Assembly: GCF_009914755.1 (NCBI RefSeq)
Contig: NC_060932.1
From: the human T2T-CHM13v2.0 reference genome, Homo sapiens
DNA length: 64,000 bases
Strand: one strand, 5' to 3'
Shown piece by piece: positions 57,331 to 64,000 of this stretch. A program made the position numbers and the translations under genes. Each line of letters begins with the position of its first letter. Position 1 is the first letter of the stretch. The notes under the pieces were generated by a model. It saw nothing but the letters and a program-made list of their open reading frames with translations. It had not been told where the DNA came from and ran no database searches.

Positions 57331-58760
57331 TAACACGCGGGGCTCTGGCGGGCCTGGCGGCTCAGTGCGATCTGGGCAGGCAGGAAGTGGAGTGAGCACA
57401 GCCAGCGGCTGGGAGCACATCCCGGAGGGGCTGCCTGCGGCGGGAGGAGCGGCAGGGGCCACGTGGTGGGGGACGGCTCGCCAGGGCGCGCACGCGGTGG
57501 CGGCGGCGGTGGAGGCGTTGCCCGCCTAGCTAGGGGCCCGCGGCCTGGAGAGGCGTCGGTTCTCCTTCCGCGCTGAAGGCGGAGACAGCGACTTCCCGTG
57601 GAGGCAAGCCGTGGGCGCCGCGGAGGCGGGGGCTGGGGGTCGGCGGAGGCGGGAGCTGGGGGTCGGCGGGGGCTGGGGGTTGGCGGGGAGCGTCCTCAGG
57701 GACAAGTCTCCCAGCACGCGGCCGCGACCTCCCCGTTGGGGGTCTGGAGCCAGGAGCCCACGCGCGTCGGATCCGGAGAGTCTGGTGGGCGCAGCCTACG
57801 TGACAGGGTCGGCTCGGGACCGAGCTGCTGGGGACTGGGCCTTGCGGGGCGGGGCCGCTGGGGGCGGGGCATGAGGGTGCCGGTTCGAGGCGGGGCTTTT
57901 TGGGGGCGGGACATGGGGCGGAGCCTGGGGGCGGAGCATGTGGGGAGGTGGCTGGGGAGGAACTTTCGGGGGCGGGACACGAGGGCGGAGCCTGAGGGGG
58001 CGGGGCATGAGGGGAAGCCGGCTCGGGAAGGAGCTTTCGGAGGCGGGGCCCGCTCGGGGAGGGACCTGATTTCGGGGGAGCCTTCGGGAGGGCGCCTGCC
58101 ATAGACGACTGTAAAGGGGCGGGGTCAGCTCGGGGAGGACCCTGCGGGCGTGGCGGCAGTTATGGGTGAAGCCTGAGGGGGCGGGGCCTGATCGGGGCGG
58201 GGTCTTCGGGGGCGGAGTCGGCTGGGGATGGAGCCGCTCGGGCCGAGCCCTCCACCGCCCACCATCACCGAGTCCGGCCCAGGCTCCTAGCGCGGCCGCC
58301 GGAAGGGGCGGGTCAGCGGGCGGGCATTTCCTGCCGGTGCCTAGGGCCGACGGGGACGCTGGCACTGGTGGGGAGCTGTTGGGGGGTCCCGCATCTAGGG
58401 CTCTCCTTTCCTGCCTCCGGCCCCCGCGAGGGGCGCGCGCCTCTCCCCGCCCTCCAGCAGTCCTGGTAGGGCCCGGGCGCGTCCGCGCTCTGCAGCGGGA
58501 GGTCCTCGTCGCCCCTCGTCTCCAGCCAGGTACTCACTGGGCTCCTGCCTGCCGCCTCCGGCCCAGGACGCGCAGCGTCGGTATGGGCCCCGCCGCCTCC
58601 CCGCACCCCGGCGCTCCAGGGATGTGGCAAGACCCGGCTTTGAGCACCTCCCGGGCGCCGGCCCCGAGGCCGACCTAGCTCTGCACGTGGGCCGCGGGGC
58701 TCTGCCGTTGAAAGGAGAGCCTCTAACTAGGAGCACGCACGGGACCCTGGCGGGCCCCTC
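57310..58760. promoter_or_regulatory. ZFP41: CpG island / ZFP41 promoter and non-coding first exon
   Basis: Very high GC and CpG density; many GGGGCGG(G/A)GC SP boxes at 57840-58320; candidate exon-1 donor CAG|GTACTC at 58529/58530 (uncertain). Confidence 0.85.
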
Positions 58761-59194
58761 CGCCTGGCTCAGATGCCTGGCATCTCAGGCCTTGGCACAG
58801 CTAGCAGGCCCCTGGCAGGCCGTGGACCCAGCAGGCTGTTTTAGTGCAGATTGCCCCTGAATCTCAAGCCCACTAATGTTCCAGTCTCTCCATGAGACCC
58901 AGATCCCTGAAAGTAGTGGAGGGAGGCGCCAGGGTGAGTGAGGTTTTCTAGGCAGCCCTTACCGCCCACGGATACCCAGAGCTTCATATTACAAGTGAAG
59001 GGTCCTCCGCCCAGAGAGGCGACGGAGCTACGCTGGAGTTGCACGACAGAACCAGAACCCCAGTCTTTAGAGGTGTGGCAAGCGTGGGTTGCGCTGTTTG
59101 TAACTAGCTAATCACTCCTGTCTACAGGCCTGTGAGGTGAGGCCAAGAAAATCGCTATGGTCCAATCCGTTTTTGTTTTTTGCGTGTGGGGTTT

Positions 59195-59503
59195 TTTGTT
59201 TTGGTTTGGTTTGGTTTTTTTGTTTGAGACGGAGTCTTGTTCTGTCGCCAGGCAGGAGAGCACTGGCGCGACCTTTGCTCACTGCAACTTCTATCTCCTG
59301 GGTTCAGGCAATTCCCCTCCCTCAGCCTCCTGAGTAGCTAGGACTACAGGCACGTGCCACCACGCCCAGCTAATTTTTTGTGTTTTGGTAGGGACAGGGT
59401 TTCACCATGTTGGCCAGGATGGTCTCGATCTCCTGACCTCGTGATCCGCCCACCTCGGCCTCCCAAAGTGCTGGGATTACAGGCATGAGCCACCGCGCCC
59501 GGC
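59195..59503 (-). mobile_element. AluS/Sc in ZFP41 intron 1
   Basis: Reverse dimer. Confidence 0.92.
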
Positions 59504-61074
59504 CAGTCCACTCTGCTTTTAAGAAATATTTTATTTCTCAGGGTGGGCAGCGTGTAGAGAAGTGAGTCATTCCAGTCTCTGCCGGTTAGCACCTGCCAGC
59601 CTAAGTTGAGTCGACAGAGCCGTTATGGAGAATGTTCCCTGACCACAGTATGTGACTAGGATTTGGAGGTAAAAAAGATACGATCCTCGCCTTCAGGAGA
59701 CCCTGTCGCATAAGGAGACTGCCATGTCAGTGACCAGCCACACGTGCAGTGACAAGTGTCTGGAAGAAGGAACAGTGCTGTACAGCATGGAGGACCCCCA
59801 CACAGGCCTCGGGCAGCAGCCGTTAGGCTCAGTGGGTTCACAAACCACCCCCCGCCCCGCCGTGGAGTGGAGTCTGCAGAGAGCCAGATAGGTTCCCACC
59901 ATGCCCTGGAGAGCTGCCGTTTCTCCAGCTCCGCCCTGCCCATGAGGCAAACAGCTGGTCGACTGGTCTTCTGTGCTGGTTCTTGGTTCTCACCTTTGTT
60001 TCCTACCAGAGCTGGACCCCGGCCTCAAACTCCAGCCAGCTTGGGCTGTGATCCTCTATCCTGGGCACCAGGGCTCCCCCTGCCCACCCCAGCAGAGATG
60101 CTGCTTTATGCCTGCATCCTCCCTCAGCACACGTGGCCTTCATCTTCAGTTCTGGCGCCCACCTGATCTGCCTCCTCCCACACGCCACCTCTAGATAGAG
60201 CCCTAGAAAGTGATGTTGGCCTGAAACTGAGTCACATTCATCTAAACATTTTCCTGTAGAAAAGACCAGACCCTCCTTGTTGAGATAGGAAATCTGTAGT
60301 GAGTTTATGTGTTACCTGCACTCATGAGGGAGAGGAGGGAAGGCCACCAACCTCCTCTCAACAAAGAGAATTCAAAGTATTTATGTGTTGAGTTGTGTCA
60401 CTTACGACATGCATATCAGCTCCACTTTCTACCTAGGGTCAACCCTGGCCTCAAACTCCAGCCTGGTTGACCAAGAACTAATACAAAGGGTACGGAATAT
60501 TATTTCTTAGAATATGACTGGGCATGGTGGCTCCCACCTGTAGTCCCAGCTACTCAGGAAGCTGAGGTGGGAAGGATGTGACATGAGGGGTTCTGCTGGC
60601 TGCTGTGGTCCATGGCAGGGGGGCAGCCCTGGTTTCATGAACTCAGAACCCAGCCTCTGGGGGATGGAAGCACTCTCCACTGGGCACGTGTGGTCCCTGC
60701 AGCCTGTAGCTTCAAAGCACGGTGACTGGTTCCAAGCCCAGTATGGTGGAGAAGGAGACTACGGCAGGAACCAGGGGGATTCGGGGGTGGAGGAGGGAAG
60801 CCGCAGGGCAGTTGGTGGGTACATCAGATCCTGTGGACATGGTGTGCAGACCCGGAACCCCGGCAGAGGAGCAAGGATTCCTTGGTGAGCAACTGATCCC
60901 TTCATCGAGACAAGGAAAGGCCGGGAGAGAGTCAGGTGGGGCTCCGGGGAGATCAGCAATGCCGTTTGAGACACTCTTGGGGGAACACATGGGAAGGGAG
61001 GGGCCGCACCTGAATCCCACATCCCCTGAAAGGCAAACCTTTAATCTGAGGTTCATGTTCTTGCTTCTCCCCAG

Positions 61075-62725
<1,651 letters not shown>

Positions 62726-64000
62726 GTTAGTTCTACTTCTTCATGCCTGTACCCAGTCCTGTCCCACCCAGTGGCAGGTCCACAGGCCTGTGCCACCCTT
62801 GTGTCCATCCAGGAGCAGTGTGGACGGGATCCTGTGCTCTCTAGGGACTGTGGTTTATAAGAGGGTAGCAAATGACTTTGTAAACCAGGAGGTAAGGTTT
62901 TTTATTGGGAAATGTTGGCGCCTATGTTTTCAGCTGTTTAGACGTGAAACACTAATCACGGCCCTAGTCTTTGGGGATTCTGTCCTGGAAGGAGGGTCCC
63001 GATTCGAGCTGGAGATGGCCTTGGCCTTGTCCATTGAGCAGTCTCAGAAACGGACTAGGGTACACTGCCCGGATGATGGAGAGCAGTCCTGTCTGGGTGG
63101 AAACGTTTACTGGGTTAACACATTTTTCCTGCCGCGGTCTTTCTGAGGGCTGTAATATTCCTGCCTGTCTGTGTAGGCCCCATACCAGCTTGGCCACTGT
63201 GGGGTCACTTGGAAAGGGAGCCTTTCGGCAGGCCTCCCCTCCCACTGGGAGGATGCTTCAGTCCCTCTGCACTCAGACGTGTTGGAAGCACATTCCACAC
63301 GCAGAGTGTGTCTCTTCTCCCGGCTGCTCCTGCTGCTGGCCTGGACAGAGGAGCCTGTTCCATGGCAGGGGGTCCTGAGTGCTGCCACTTGTAGTATCGT
63401 GGGGAGGCTGCTCGGCTCCCAGCCTCTCTCATGCCCACTGCCCATGGGCTGCACTGACAGATGTGTCTCCTCACTTCCCCTTCCCCGCAGAAATAGAAAT
63501 AGCCTAGAACTGGAAAATAAAACTCCCGTAAATCCCAGAACCACACTGTCACCCACACTAGCTTTGCCTCTGGCCTGGTTAACTTTCTATATAGCAGGTC
63601 CCAGAGCCCAGCCCGTCACCTGCTCACACTGGGTCCTGACCCGCAGGGCAGCATCTCCCAGATGGCTGTAGGGCTCTCTGAGGTCGGGTGACACTCAGTG
63701 CCTGGGCTGGCTGCGGACCCAGGCAGGCTGGTCCATGCGGAAGGCCCCACCCCGCCATGCCCCCATGGCATTGCTGGTGTGGCTGTGCTCGCCTGCGGGC
63801 CCTGCCTTTGTTTGGGTTGAGGCTGTGTTGGCCTTCATCAGACGTGTTGCCTGGGGGGGTTCTGCTCTCGGGACCACACACACTGGAGGGGCCTCCCCAG
63901 CGCAGGTGAGCAGGTGAACCACCAGAGGGGAGCCGTGGCGCCTGTGGCCTCCTGATGGTCCTGCCGCCTCAGTCGCTGCTGGAAGCACGGCCTTCGTGGC

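Noticed and set aside
60437-60472. Small hairpin ggtcaacc...ggttgacc containing a 17-bp duplicate of 60021-60037
   Set aside because: Too short for a pre-miRNA or other ncRNA call; could be chance or a minor repair scar.

Overview
GC-rich, Alu-dense primate genomic DNA. Both proteins match my recollection of the human sequences, so this is the distal 8q24.3 Ly6-cluster region. It carries two + strand protein-coding genes. GPIHBP1 has 4 coding exons (22557-24750), which I assembled by hand to 555 nt = 184 aa. ZFP41 has a CpG-island promoter at about 57.3-58.8 kb and a single coding exon with CDS 61229-61825 and four C2H2 fingers. The rest is Alu, L1, MaLR, ERV1, ERVL and LTR13 relics plus about 10 minisatellites; the long ORFs in the track are repeat artefacts. 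I see no new protein-coding system. The most notable structures are non-coding. (1) GPIHBP1 is flanked by minisatellites that are homotypic transcription-factor motif arrays: about 35 x ETS ACAGGAAGTG upstream, an SP/KLF G-rich array near the promoter, and AP-1 repeats downstream. (2) A compound direct plus inverted duplication with a fold-back junction brackets the GPIHBP1 coding region. (3) A 32-bp LTR13 terminus sits inside an Alu target-site duplication. (4) ZFP41 has a uORF, a 3'UTR intron and a candidate alternative last exon. Repeat family names and boundaries are assigned by eye and are approximate.
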